From a virus: a DNA stretch of 64,000 nucleotides. Where the stretch lies: positions 1 through 64,000 of the IMG/VR virus record IMGVR_UViG_3300045988_129382. One strand, given 5' to 3'. The notes under the pieces were generated by a model. It ran no database searches. It was not told the DNA's origin and saw only the letters and a program-made list of their open reading frames with translations. The position numbers and the translations under genes are program-made. Of this stretch, positions 53,306 to 63,100 are shown in pieces (the first letter of the stretch is position 1; every line of letters begins with the position of its first letter).

Positions 53306-53584
53306 TATAGCAGTTTAATAAAAATTTAATTGTTTATATTAAGTTGTAGTGTTTTTGGTGATAGAGTTTTATATATAAGTTTCATGTGGTTGAGGTATTA
53401 TTCTTGTTGTTTATATCTTAACTTCATCTTATATACATAATCAGAGGGGTTTAGAGTAGATAGAATAGCATCACAATCTACTTTTACATTAGATGGTTAT
53501 ATGTAAATTTCACAGTACTTTTCGATAGAAATACTAAAGCTAGTTGCAGATAATCATGTTTTCATGTAGTAGAGGTGGTGTTTT

Positions 53585-54058
53585 ATGAATTTAATTGAGA
53601 TGTTATCTGTGTTGGGTATGAACATAAGTATAGGTGATGTTTCAATAGCAACATTACTTTTACTGACAATCATACAAATATCTCCTATTGAGTTCAATCC
53701 TTTATCTATTATATTGTCTATTATAGGTAGAGAATTGAATAAAGAAGTAATTGATAGGGTTGAGAAATTGGAAAAGTTAGGGGAGTCTAACAGTAGGGGA
53801 ATAGACAAACTATCTTATGAGGTTTCTGAAACTAGGGCAATTAACGCAAGGTCTAGATTATTGGAATTTAATGATGATTTACTGCATAATGTAGCTAAAT
53901 CTAAGGAAAGTTTTGACCATATAATGACAGACATTACGTATTATGAGCATTTCTGTAGAAAGCATGCAGATTTTCATAATCATGTTTCAGATATGGCTAT
54001 TAAAAATATAGAGGACATATATCGTAAGCGATTGTCAAGGAATGATTTCTTAAAATAG
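53585..54058 (+). CDS. Membrane-associated protein, 157 aa, unknown function
   Basis: GAGGTGG SD upstream; hydrophobic N-terminal third and charged C-terminal two thirds. Confidence 0.6.
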   Translation: MNLIEMLSVLGMNISIGDVSIATLLLLTIIQISPIEFNPLSIILSIIGRELNKEVIDRVEKLEKLGESNSRGIDKLSYEVSETRAINARSRLLEFNDDLLHNVAKSKESFDHIMTDITYYEHFCRKHADFHNHVSDMAIKNIEDIYRKRLSRNDFLK

Positions 54059-54081
54059 ATTAATGGTTATATTGAATATAG

Positions 54082-54117
54082 TAGAGATAGTAATACTTTT
54101 TACTATCTCTATTTTTG
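54082..54117 (+). terminator. Intrinsic terminator
   Basis: 12-bp stem TAGAGATAGTAA / TTACTATCTCTA followed by TTTTT. Confidence 0.75.
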
Positions 54118-54212
54118 TGTTAATTATTAAATTGTTATATAGTATATATACAGTTAGGTAGTTTCATTACAATTTAGATAGTTTTTTATTATACAAAAGA
54201 CGAGGTTTTAAA

Positions 54213-55160
54213 GTGGAAGATAATAAATTTAATTTAGGTGCAGATGTTTTTGGTGATACTACATCTGACGTTACATCTACTGTTGTAGAAAAAGATATTA
54301 CTTCATATTCTGTTGAAAGTATTCCTACAAAAGAAGAGGTCAAAGTGGAAGATACAAAGAAAGAAGATTTGATTGCTAAAGAATTAGATAGGGAAAATAC
54401 AGAGGCTGGCTCTAAGAAAACTAAGTTAGCTTATGAATCTACTGTATTGTTGCCATCTAAAGGCATTTTATATAAAGAGGATAATATCCCTGCTAATATT
54501 ACATTACGTGGTATGACTACAAAAGATGAGAAAATCATGTATGCTAGTCAGGGTGCTGATGTGTTTAAGAAGATTTTGAGGAACTGTATTGTTTCTCCTG
54601 AGAACATTGATATTAATCGTTTGATTAGTGCAGATGAGATGTTCTTAATCTTGCAATTACGTATGGTTACATTCGGTGATAAATATAAAGTGCGTTCTAC
54701 TTGTCCTCATTGTGGTTCTGTAGATGAGCATGAGATTAGCTTATCTGATTTTGATATTATGTATTTAGATGATAATTTCACAGAACCGATTAATGTTGAG
54801 TTGCCTGCTAGTGGTGATACTTTGTCATTACGTTTACTTAGAAATTCAGATACAGAATATGTAGAGAAATATGCACGTAGGTTCGCAAAACAGTTTAATC
54901 AAAACTATAAAGAAGTAATGTATATTTGTAGGATGGCAAAATACATTACAGCTATTAATGGCAAACCTGTTGATTTTGTAGATGCACGTAGTTATGTAGA
55001 GAATATGGTATCTTTGGATAGTGCTAAAATGCAGACAGTTATTAATAGTATTATTGTTGGTGTAGATACAATCGTAGACCATGAGTGTACTTCTTGTGGT
55101 GAGTTATATGATTTTGCTATGCCGATTACTAGCGAGTTCTTTCGTCCCACAATTAAGTGA
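54213..55160 (+). CDS. Tail assembly chaperone candidate with a zinc ribbon, GTG start
   Basis: Lies between the tube and tape measure genes; CPHCG...CTSCG; GAGGT SD upstream. Confidence 0.5.
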   Translation: MEDNKFNLGADVFGDTTSDVTSTVVEKDITSYSVESIPTKEEVKVEDTKKEDLIAKELDRENTEAGSKKTKLAYESTVLLPSKGILYKEDNIPANITLRGMTTKDEKIMYASQGADVFKKILRNCIVSPENIDINRLISADEMFLILQLRMVTFGDKYKVRSTCPHCGSVDEHEISLSDFDIMYLDDNFTEPINVELPASGDTLSLRLLRNSDTEYVEKYARRFAKQFNQNYKEVMYICRMAKYITAINGKPVDFVDARSYVENMVSLDSAKMQTVINSIIVGVDTIVDHECTSCGELYDFAMPITSEFFRPTIK

Positions 55161-55413
55161 GTTTAATTCAGACGAATATAATAAAAAGGCTAGAGATATA
55201 AGATTTACTGCTTTTCGTTCTTTGATGAAAGAGGAGTTTCAACTAGCATATTTTGGTAAGATATCATATGAATCTGTTGAAAATATGAGTTCTTTGGAGA
55301 GAAGGACAATGTATCAGATTCTAGTTGAACAGAAAAAAGAAGAGAAAAAAGCACAAGATGAGGCTATCAAATCCGCCAAAGAGAAAAAAGCTTCTAGGGG
55401 TAGGAGAAGATAG
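55078..55413 (+). CDS. Open +1-frame extension overlapping the chaperone 3-prime end; a putative frameshift product
   Basis: No SD for any internal ATG. The frame opens at 55078 and overlaps 54213-55160 by 83 nt. The product has a Lys/Glu-rich basic tail. Confidence 0.4.
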   Translation, partial: TMSVLLVVSYMILLCRLLASSFVPQLSEFNSDEYNKKARDIRFTAFRSLMKEEFQLAYFGKISYESVENMSSLERRTMYQILVEQKKEEKKAQDEAIKSAKEKKASRGRRR

Positions 55414-55449
55414 CCTCTTCTCTTTATATTTTAGTAAAAGGTTGTATAT

Positions 55450-58400
55450 ATGGGTGAGTTACAGGATAGAAAACAACTGAATAAGCGTATACAACAGATA
55501 GAAGAAAAAGAAGCTAAACGTGTTGAGAAGAACATAGCTAAACGTGAAAAGCGTTTTGCTAAGATGTTAGATTCTCAGATGACGATGTTAGAGTCATTCT
55601 ATAGTACTTCAAGTAAAACAGCAAAAGGTATGCTTAAAGATAGCATGGATGGTCAACAGGCTATCTTAGAGGATAGTTTGGCAGATATGAAGCGTGAGTT
55701 TAATCTGTATGCTAAGTATATGGATAATACAACACGTAAGTATTATAAAGGTATGATTTCAGTTGCAGATGAAAGTCTGACAACTATGAAAGAGACTGTT
55801 GCTAAGCGTTTTGGTGAGATATCAGATGAATTTGATGAAGAGATGGTTGGTATGACAGCATCTTTCACAGATAGGATTAAGCGTTTCTCTAAAGGCATTA
55901 GGGACGCCGCTGTGGCATTGGAATTAACTGATATGGCTGATAGTGTTAAAAGCAGTTTGACTGATATCACTGACTCATTTATTGATAATTTCCGTGAGAG
56001 AAGTGCTAAGTTAAATGGCAATATCACTAAAGGTGATTATCAAAAGATGATTGGTAGTGTGGTAGATTCATCATATTCTATGGGTAGGAATGAGGCATCT
56101 GAGTTAGTTAATGGTATTATGGATGAGATGGGTATGAAGACTGCTAAACAGTTAGACCCTTATCTTAAAGAGGTTGCAAGTTTACATACTGCAATAGACG
56201 CCAATATTAGTGATTTATCGAGCATTATTAAAATGGATATTAATAATGGTGGTAAGGGTGAGTTACTCAAAGAGATGTCAAATATAGCTACAGGGTTAGG
56301 TTCTGATAAGGATTTAACTGTAGATAGTAATGCTATGTTATCTTCAATGAATGAGCATATTGAGGACTTATATGGTCTTTCTAAGAAGGATTCTGTTAAG
56401 TTTAAGGGCATGACTAAATCTCTTGCAATAATGGAAGGTATTCAACAACAGCAATATAACAAGGGTGTTGAAGAAGCCGGTGGTAAGATTGTAGAGTGGT
56501 CTAAGATGTCTGTACCTGAACTTCTTAAAGATGACGACTTCATGAATTTCATGGCTAGGTCTGGTATGAGTGCCGAGGAGTTCAGAGGTGCTATTGATAG
56601 TGGTCAGTCAGATATTGTTATGAAACAAATGCAAGATTTATTCATAGCTAATAAGGATGACCAATATGCTTTAAATCAGTTAAGGGAGTCTATGGGGTTC
56701 AGTTCTGATGCTGTGGCACAGATGTTCGCTGATGCTGATTCTTTGACAGGTGATTTGAAAAAAGTTACAGATAACATCAATAAGAACTCTAATTTAAATG
56801 GTTCTAATGCTGAAAACATGGCTGGGTATGCTAGTGGGCCGATAGAGAAGATAGGGAATTGGCTTTCTGATTCATTTCCTGTTAGAATGGTATCAGATTT
56901 CTTTGGTGAGTTAGATATTAAAGCCGCCAATATGGCTAATTACGCCATCATAGCCTATACAATTTCTGATAGGTGGAGTGATGTAAAAGACATGTTGAAG
57001 ATGGTTTCAACTCCATTCAAGAGTTTTGGTAAGTTCTTGTCTGGTGGTGGATTTAAAACATTATTCAGTTCTAAGGGTGCATTAAGTCAAGGTATTGAGA
57101 ATGGATTAAGGACTTTATTTACAGGTAAGGGTTCTTTCATATCTACTATTATTGATAAGTTCAAGAGTGTATTCTCATGGGTTGGTAAGGTCTTTTATGC
57201 TAATGCTCCTGATAAGATGATAAAGGCATTTTCTAAGGTAGGTTCTAAGTTAGGTGGAGTATTCTCTAGTTTCTTTGGAAAGATATTTGATAAGATTGGT
57301 AGCACAGGGATTGGAAAGTTAGCATCTAAGTTATTCAGTGGTGGTATATTTAAGGTTCTTGGTAAAGTTATACCTATTGTTGGTGGTTTCTTTGATGTAA
57401 TATTAGATTTCTTTAGTGGGATTGGTAAAGCAGATGAGTGGTTTGGTAAAGACCATAATTTACTACAAACTGTTATGAGTGGTCTAATTGGTGCTATATT
57501 CGGTACTGGTAGTGGTATAAAGTGTGAAAACTTTATGGACGATTTATTTACTGTAATGGGTGGTGCATTAAAAGGTGGTGCCGCTGGTTTTGTAGTTGGT
57601 GGGCCGTTAGGTGCTTTAGTTGGTGCTATTTTAGGTGCTATAGCTAATGCTATTGGTGGTGATAGGATAGCTAGTGCATTTAACTCTTTAACAGAATATA
57701 TTTCTGCTATACCTGATAAGATTATTGGTGTATTCACATCAGCATTTGACGCCGTACATGATTTGATTGCAGATTCATGGATAGGTAGTTTGTTAGGTAT
57801 GACTAAAAATAATCCTGATGCAAGTACAGGTGATAACACTAACACATTGATGAAGACTATGGCTTTAGCAACTCCTTTTGGAATGGTTTCTAGTCTTATA
57901 GGTTCTTTTGGTTCTCATGCTGATGGTTTATCGGAAGTTCCATATGATAATTATCCTGCTTTCTTGCACAAAGGTGAAGCAGTTTTAACTTCTCAACAAG
58001 CTGGTGCTGTTAGGTCTGATGGTGGTATACCTATCACAGGTGGTAATAGTTTAATTGATGCTTTGGGCATTGATGGTGAAGTTGGTCAAGGTAGGTCTGT
58101 TCTAGAGAGAGTGTTTAGAGGTGTATTTGGTATTACAGGTCAAGATACTTATGGTGAGGGTGGCTTATTTGGTAATATATTTAAGCATCTACTCAACTTG
58201 GGTAGTGGTGGTATCTTAGGTAACTTGATGGGTGATAGTGGTTCTATCTTCGATAAATTGAAAGAATTCTTAAAAGGTGGGGGTTCTTCATCTAGTGGTG
58301 GTTCTTCTGGTGGTGGAAAGCCAGCTAACATGTCTACAGGTAATGGTGATGGCAAAAAGATTTGGGATTTCTTAGCTAATGCTGGTTATTCTGCTGAGGG

Positions 58401-59124
58401 TATTGCTGGTATTCTAGGTAACTTGCATGAAGAGAGTGGCTTTAGAAGTGGTGCTATTGAAAATGATGGTGGTACTACTAATGAGGACTTAGTAAAACAG
58501 ATTACAGCTAGTAAGGATGCTTTTCTTGCCGATTCACGTGGTTTTGGTTTAGCACAGTGGACTGATAGTGGTCGTAAGAGTGCTTTGTGGGATTATGCAC
58601 AGTCTAAGGGTACTAGTGTTGCTGACTTCCAAACTCAGTTAGAATTCTTGTTAAAAGAGTTACAAGAAAGTTATTCTGATACATCAAATGCATTAAAGGG
58701 AAATATTACTGTTGACCAAGCATCTGAAATATTTGGTACAAACTATGAGGGTTTTGGTGCTAATTCTGCCGCTAGTCGATTAGAAAAATCTAAAAAATTC
58801 TATGAAGAAAACACTAAAGGGACACCTCAGTATGCACAAGGTACACCGTGGGTGCCAGATACACAAGTAGCGTTAATTCATGAGGGTGAGATGGTAGTAC
58901 CAGCTGATAAGAATCCTTTAAGTTCAGATAGCACTTCTAATGCTGTTGGATTACCTACAGATAATGGTGGTTCTGATGATATTGTTGATGCTATTAAATG
59001 GCAAGTATCTAGGTTAGAAAGCAAGTTAGATGCATTAATTAATGTTGTAGCTAGTAGTAATTCTAATTATAGGGGAAATGGTTTTGGTTCTGATTCTTCC
59101 GTTAATAATTTGTTGAAAGTATAG
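55450..59124 (+). CDS. Tail tape measure protein with a C-terminal lysozyme-like domain
   Basis: 1224 aa. It has a coiled-coil N-terminus and Gly-rich hydrophobic central repeats. GILGNLHEESGF...GFGLAQWT matches the phage tail lysozyme pattern. Confidence 0.85.
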   Translation: MGELQDRKQLNKRIQQIEEKEAKRVEKNIAKREKRFAKMLDSQMTMLESFYSTSSKTAKGMLKDSMDGQQAILEDSLADMKREFNLYAKYMDNTTRKYYKGMISVADESLTTMKETVAKRFGEISDEFDEEMVGMTASFTDRIKRFSKGIRDAAVALELTDMADSVKSSLTDITDSFIDNFRERSAKLNGNITKGDYQKMIGSVVDSSYSMGRNEASELVNGIMDEMGMKTAKQLDPYLKEVASLHTAIDANISDLSSIIKMDINNGGKGELLKEMSNIATGLGSDKDLTVDSNAMLSSMNEHIEDLYGLSKKDSVKFKGMTKSLAIMEGIQQQQYNKGVEEAGGKIVEWSKMSVPELLKDDDFMNFMARSGMSAEEFRGAIDSGQSDIVMKQMQDLFIANKDDQYALNQLRESMGFSSDAVAQMFADADSLTGDLKKVTDNINKNSNLNGSNAENMAGYASGPIEKIGNWLSDSFPVRMVSDFFGELDIKAANMANYAIIAYTISDRWSDVKDMLKMVSTPFKSFGKFLSGGGFKTLFSSKGALSQGIENGLRTLFTGKGSFISTIIDKFKSVFSWVGKVFYANAPDKMIKAFSKVGSKLGGVFSSFFGKIFDKIGSTGIGKLASKLFSGGIFKVLGKVIPIVGGFFDVILDFFSGIGKADEWFGKDHNLLQTVMSGLIGAIFGTGSGIKCENFMDDLFTVMGGALKGGAAGFVVGGPLGALVGAILGAIANAIGGDRIASAFNSLTEYISAIPDKIIGVFTSAFDAVHDLIADSWIGSLLGMTKNNPDASTGDNTNTLMKTMALATPFGMVSSLIGSFGSHADGLSEVPYDNYPAFLHKGEAVLTSQQAGAVRSDGGIPITGGNSLIDALGIDGEVGQGRSVLERVFRGVFGITGQDTYGEGGLFGNIFKHLLNLGSGGILGNLMGDSGSIFDKLKEFLKGGGSSSSGGSSGGGKPANMSTGNGDGKKIWDFLANAGYSAEGIAGILGNLHEESGFRSGAIENDGGTTNEDLVKQITASKDAFLADSRGFGLAQWTDSGRKSALWDYAQSKGTSVADFQTQLEFLLKELQESYSDTSNALKGNITVDQASEIFGTNYEGFGANSAASRLEKSKKFYEENTKGTPQYAQGTPWVPDTQVALIHEGEMVVPADKNPLSSDSTSNAVGLPTDNGGSDDIVDAIKWQVSRLESKLDALINVVASSNSNYRGNGFGSDSSVNNLLKV

Positions 59125-59140
59125 GTGGTGATTGTAGTAT

Positions 59141-59737
59141 ATGGCTAATGATTTCAGTTCTGATAATTATTCAATGTCAGTAGGTAAGAGTGGTGTAACA
59201 ACTATGCAATGGAATCCTACTACAATTATTCCATGCTATATTGTTAATTTAGTTACAGGCACTAAGATTAATTTTGCTACACTACCTACAGATGTATCTG
59301 AGGATTATGGTGCTAGTTTTGGTCAACAACAGCCGATGGGTAGGTCATCTCCTTATTTTAACTATGAGGGTAGTGAAGCAAGAACTGTTTCTTATAGCGT
59401 TACACTTCATAAGGATATTGTACCTGATATGGAGAATGTTGTATTAGAGTGTAAAAAACTAGTATATCCTAAGTATACAGGTAGCTTAGTTACACCACCT
59501 TATTGTTACGTTAGGTTTGGTGCTATGATTAATATTACAGCTATTGTAAACTCAGTGAGTATTGAGTGGGGTGGTGCGGCTGGCACTATCTTAGGTGATA
59601 CTCTTGATAGTGAATCTTTAGGTGGGAATAGTTCACCTACATATTCTGATGTTCAAATAAGTTTTAGTTTTACAGAGATTAGGGCAAGGTCATTAATGCA
59701 AGCTGATAATGTGTTTGATGAAGGGCCTGTTAGGTAG
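59141..59737 (+). CDS. Tail protein, possibly a tube-fold initiator or distal tail protein
   Basis: Position directly after the tape measure gene; no firm motif. Confidence 0.5.
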   Translation: MANDFSSDNYSMSVGKSGVTTMQWNPTTIIPCYIVNLVTGTKINFATLPTDVSEDYGASFGQQQPMGRSSPYFNYEGSEARTVSYSVTLHKDIVPDMENVVLECKKLVYPKYTGSLVTPPYCYVRFGAMINITAIVNSVSIEWGGAAGTILGDTLDSESLGGNSSPTYSDVQISFSFTEIRARSLMQADNVFDEGPVR

Positions 59738-59745
59738 GTGTGTTA

Positions 59746-60102
59746 ATGAATAAGCCGTCATTGATTAAAACTGAGATAACACAATCATTTAAAAGTAGAC
59801 AAGATAAAATATCTAGATATTCTAATTTAAAGAGGTTAGTAAATTTAGATGGGAATACATACATTGAGACACCTAATAAGATAGAGATTAGGGAAAGTAA
59901 TAGGGACATATATTATTCAGTAGAAAAGGGTTATGAGAATAGGTTAGATTTGATATCTAATAAATTCTATGGTACACCTTTAATGTATTGGGCGATTGCT
60001 GTTATGAACAGGATTGATAATCCTTTAGATATACCGGCTGGTGTTGTTCTTAGAATACCAGCTATTGAATCAATATATGAAACAGGTGCTATTCAGATAT
60101 GA
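59746..60102 (+). CDS. LysM-like tail protein, P2 gpX / PBSX XkdP-like. Start moved to ATG 59746.
   Basis: YSVEKGYENRLDLISNKFYGTPLMYWAIAVMN...AGVVLRIP. Confidence 0.6.
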   Translation: MNKPSLIKTEITQSFKSRQDKISRYSNLKRLVNLDGNTYIETPNKIEIRESNRDIYYSVEKGYENRLDLISNKFYGTPLMYWAIAVMNRIDNPLDIPAGVVLRIPAIESIYETGAIQI

Positions 60103-63100
60103 GTGAATTTAAAGAGAGTCAAATAACAAGAGATTTGAGTGGTCATCAACCTCTTTATGCTTTCATTGATTTAACTATAGATGGTCATAATATATCATAC
60201 TTTGGTAATAAAGATTACAATGAGTCTGTAATGAGTTTAAATGTAGAACGTAAAGGTAAGTCTAATCAAGACTTATCTGGTTCTACTTTTGATATTGAGT
60301 TGTATGATGATACAGCTTTACGTATCGAGGAGTTGTTGGCTAACGCTATACCTGTGGGTAAGAATTGGAAAACAGCTAAACAGCTAAAAGATATAGGCAA
60401 CGATGTTACTAAGGGTAATATAGAGTGGAAACAGTCTGAGGAAAAGAAAAAAGACGAAGAGGCTGAAAAGTCAAATACATATACAAAAGATGATGAAAAG
60501 AAAGATAAAGACCATAAAGAGGGTACTAAGAAGAATGTAAAGGCTAAACAAGAGGGTAATGTTAGATGTAGGTATGGTTGGTGTAATAGGAAAGGTCAAG
60601 TAATTGAAGATATTTCTTTAATTGGTAAGGCTTTGAAATACACATTAAACTTTGAGGGGCCAGCATTAACTTTGACATTAAATTGTGTAGCTGAGTCTGA
60701 TGTTACCTCTACACAAAAGTTGAATATGACATTTGATGTTGCTACGTATGGTGGTAAACCATCAGAGATTGTACGTGCGATGTGTCAAAAAGCTGGTATT
60801 GAGATTGGACGTATTGTAGAAACAAAACCTATTTTAGGTGAAGATGGCAAACCTAAAGAGTTTAAGACTGAAACTAAGAATATGAGGGAGTTTATCTCAG
60901 ATGAGTTGTTAGAGAAGTCTGAGCCTTTAGATTCAGATAAGCCTGGGTATAGGTATTTTACACAAGTTGTTGATGGTGTAGAAAAAGCATACTTTGTTCC
61001 TAATGAGATGTATGGTGATATGACTGTTGTTACATACAAGAAAATGGAAGAAAATACAACTTCAACGTCTACAACTATGGCTAATGCACAGGGAAATACA
61101 AGTGGTGATGCATATTTAAAAGTTATGGGTGTATCAACACCTGTACTTGGTGCTAATAATCATGGTGATATTAGTGTTACTGGTAGTGGTAAGGTTATCT
61201 TTGTTGGTGATGCTAGGGTTAAGGATTTAAGTGAATCAGTACCTAATAATAAAGATATAGTCTATGTGTATGATGATAAAGCTAACTATAGGTGGTTAAA
61301 AGACAACATAGATAAGATTAAATCATTGGCTACGTTGGGTAGTAGGGTTTACATGATGTTGGGTCTTAATGATTTAGATAATATTATCAACTATGTAGAG
61401 TACTACAATCAGTTAGCAAAAGAGTTTGAGAGCATTGGTGTTCAATTTTTTGTGGTATCTGTACTACCTGTGTTCATGGCTAAATCTAATATTAAGAATA
61501 GCAAGATTTTTGCATTTAATCGTGCCATAAAGCAGAATAAGTGTAGGGAGTTGCATTATGTTGATATCTATAACTCAATACTATTATCTTTGAAAAGTAA
61601 TAACACTAAGTCTGATGGCATTTCTTATAATAAACGATTAGTGCAAGATGTGTATAGTCGGATTGTATATTATAAAGATATACAAGTTGAGACAGTTTCT
61701 ACTAGAGATGTTGCTAATAAGGGTAGAGTTATTAATGGTGTAGAGTTTACTACGCATAGCGTTCCAGATATGTTAAGTCGCTCTGCTTATCAAGGTAATA
61801 TTTCAGATGATGAAATGCTTGGTAATGATTTTTTAGAAGATACAATCACAAAATACTTAGCTGTTGCTATTGCTGAGGCTGATAATAGCGATATTGCTGA
61901 GTTAATTTCTGAGTTAAAACAGTATGAGTCTTATCTCATTTCTGATAGAGATAACACATTACATCATGATGTTTTGGGGTTAGATTTAAATAAAACAGTT
62001 TCTACTGCATTAGCTTTAAAAGAAAAGCCAGACATTAATAACATTACTAAGGCTTTTCTTAAAGTTATTGGTAAAGATAAGATATCAGATGACGTTACTA
62101 AATATGTGGATTTAGTGAATAATTTCACTGGTAGTGTTAAGGGCGATAAAAGGTCAATAGACACTTATGTTGGTGCTGTTAGTAGTTTATTTGGTAACAA
62201 TAAAGATGTTGCTAAAATATCTTCAACTGTTACAGATGCTATTAAATTAATATCAGAAAATAGAGATAAGGTATTAAATAACAAGAATACTAATAAAGTG
62301 GAGTTGTATGGTGGTATAGCTGATAGTATTGTTGGTAAATTATTACCTAGTCAAAGTGCTAATATAGGTAAAATTAAAGATAAAATAACATCTGTTATGT
62401 CTTTAGATAAAGATAAGATTAAGAGTGGTGACTACACAGAGATAGAATCTTTATTATCTAAAGAGTTGGGTATTGATAATACTAAGTTAGATAAGTATGT
62501 TTCTACTGCTAAGGCTTTAGTTGAAATTTATAAAAATAAAGAGTATTTTGATATCAAAGATACTAAGTTTATGGCTAAAGATTTATTATCCAGTGTTGTT
62601 GGTAAAGAAAAAGTAGAAAAAGTGCAGAAGTATGTAGATACAGCACAGAGTATTTATAGTGCTTTAAATGGTAATAAAGATGTTACTAGCATAAGTGGTG
62701 CTATTCGTAACTTGTCTGATGTATTAGGTAAGAAGTCTAAAATATCTAAATATATTGACAGTGCTAGTTCTATGTTAGATATCGTCAATAAAGGACAGAT
62801 AGGAACTAAGATTTTTGATACTAATAATGGCATAGGTGGTATCATTAAGGAACGATTACCTCAACTAACTAAAGAGGGTTCTTTGGGTGGTATTATTGCA
62901 TCAACTACAGGTATATCTAATACTTCTACTAGTGAGGTTCTTAAAGCTAATTTACCTAAAGATGTTGCTAGTGGTGTTACAGGTTTAAATGGTGCTTTAA
63001 ACAATGCTACAAATGGTGCTAAGGTAGATATTGGTAAAGATGGTATCACTGATGAAGAGATGAAAAAGGGTATACGTTCTATTACCTTTGGTGGGAAAAA

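Noticed and set aside
53095-53310. 71-aa + strand ORF inside the tail-module gap
   Set aside because: It has a non-ATG start and no SD, and its translation is purely hydrophobic, T-rich-codon junk. It runs straight through three hairpins and the strong terminator. The region is better explained as non-coding RNA.
55078-55160. A conventional -1 frameshift for the tail chaperone
   Set aside because: The -1 frame contains several stop codons across the overlap. Only the +1 frame is open.
57195-57845. 216-aa minus-strand ORF, together with the other minus-strand ORFs in the track (for example 39064-39528, 23509-23910, 13641-13976 and 55743-56027)
   Set aside because: Each lies entirely inside a well-supported + strand gene (tape measure, DnaB, SNF2 and others). 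None has an SD. Their low-complexity Leu/Ile/Pro/Ser-rich translations are typical of antisense frames in AT-rich, GT-skewed genes.
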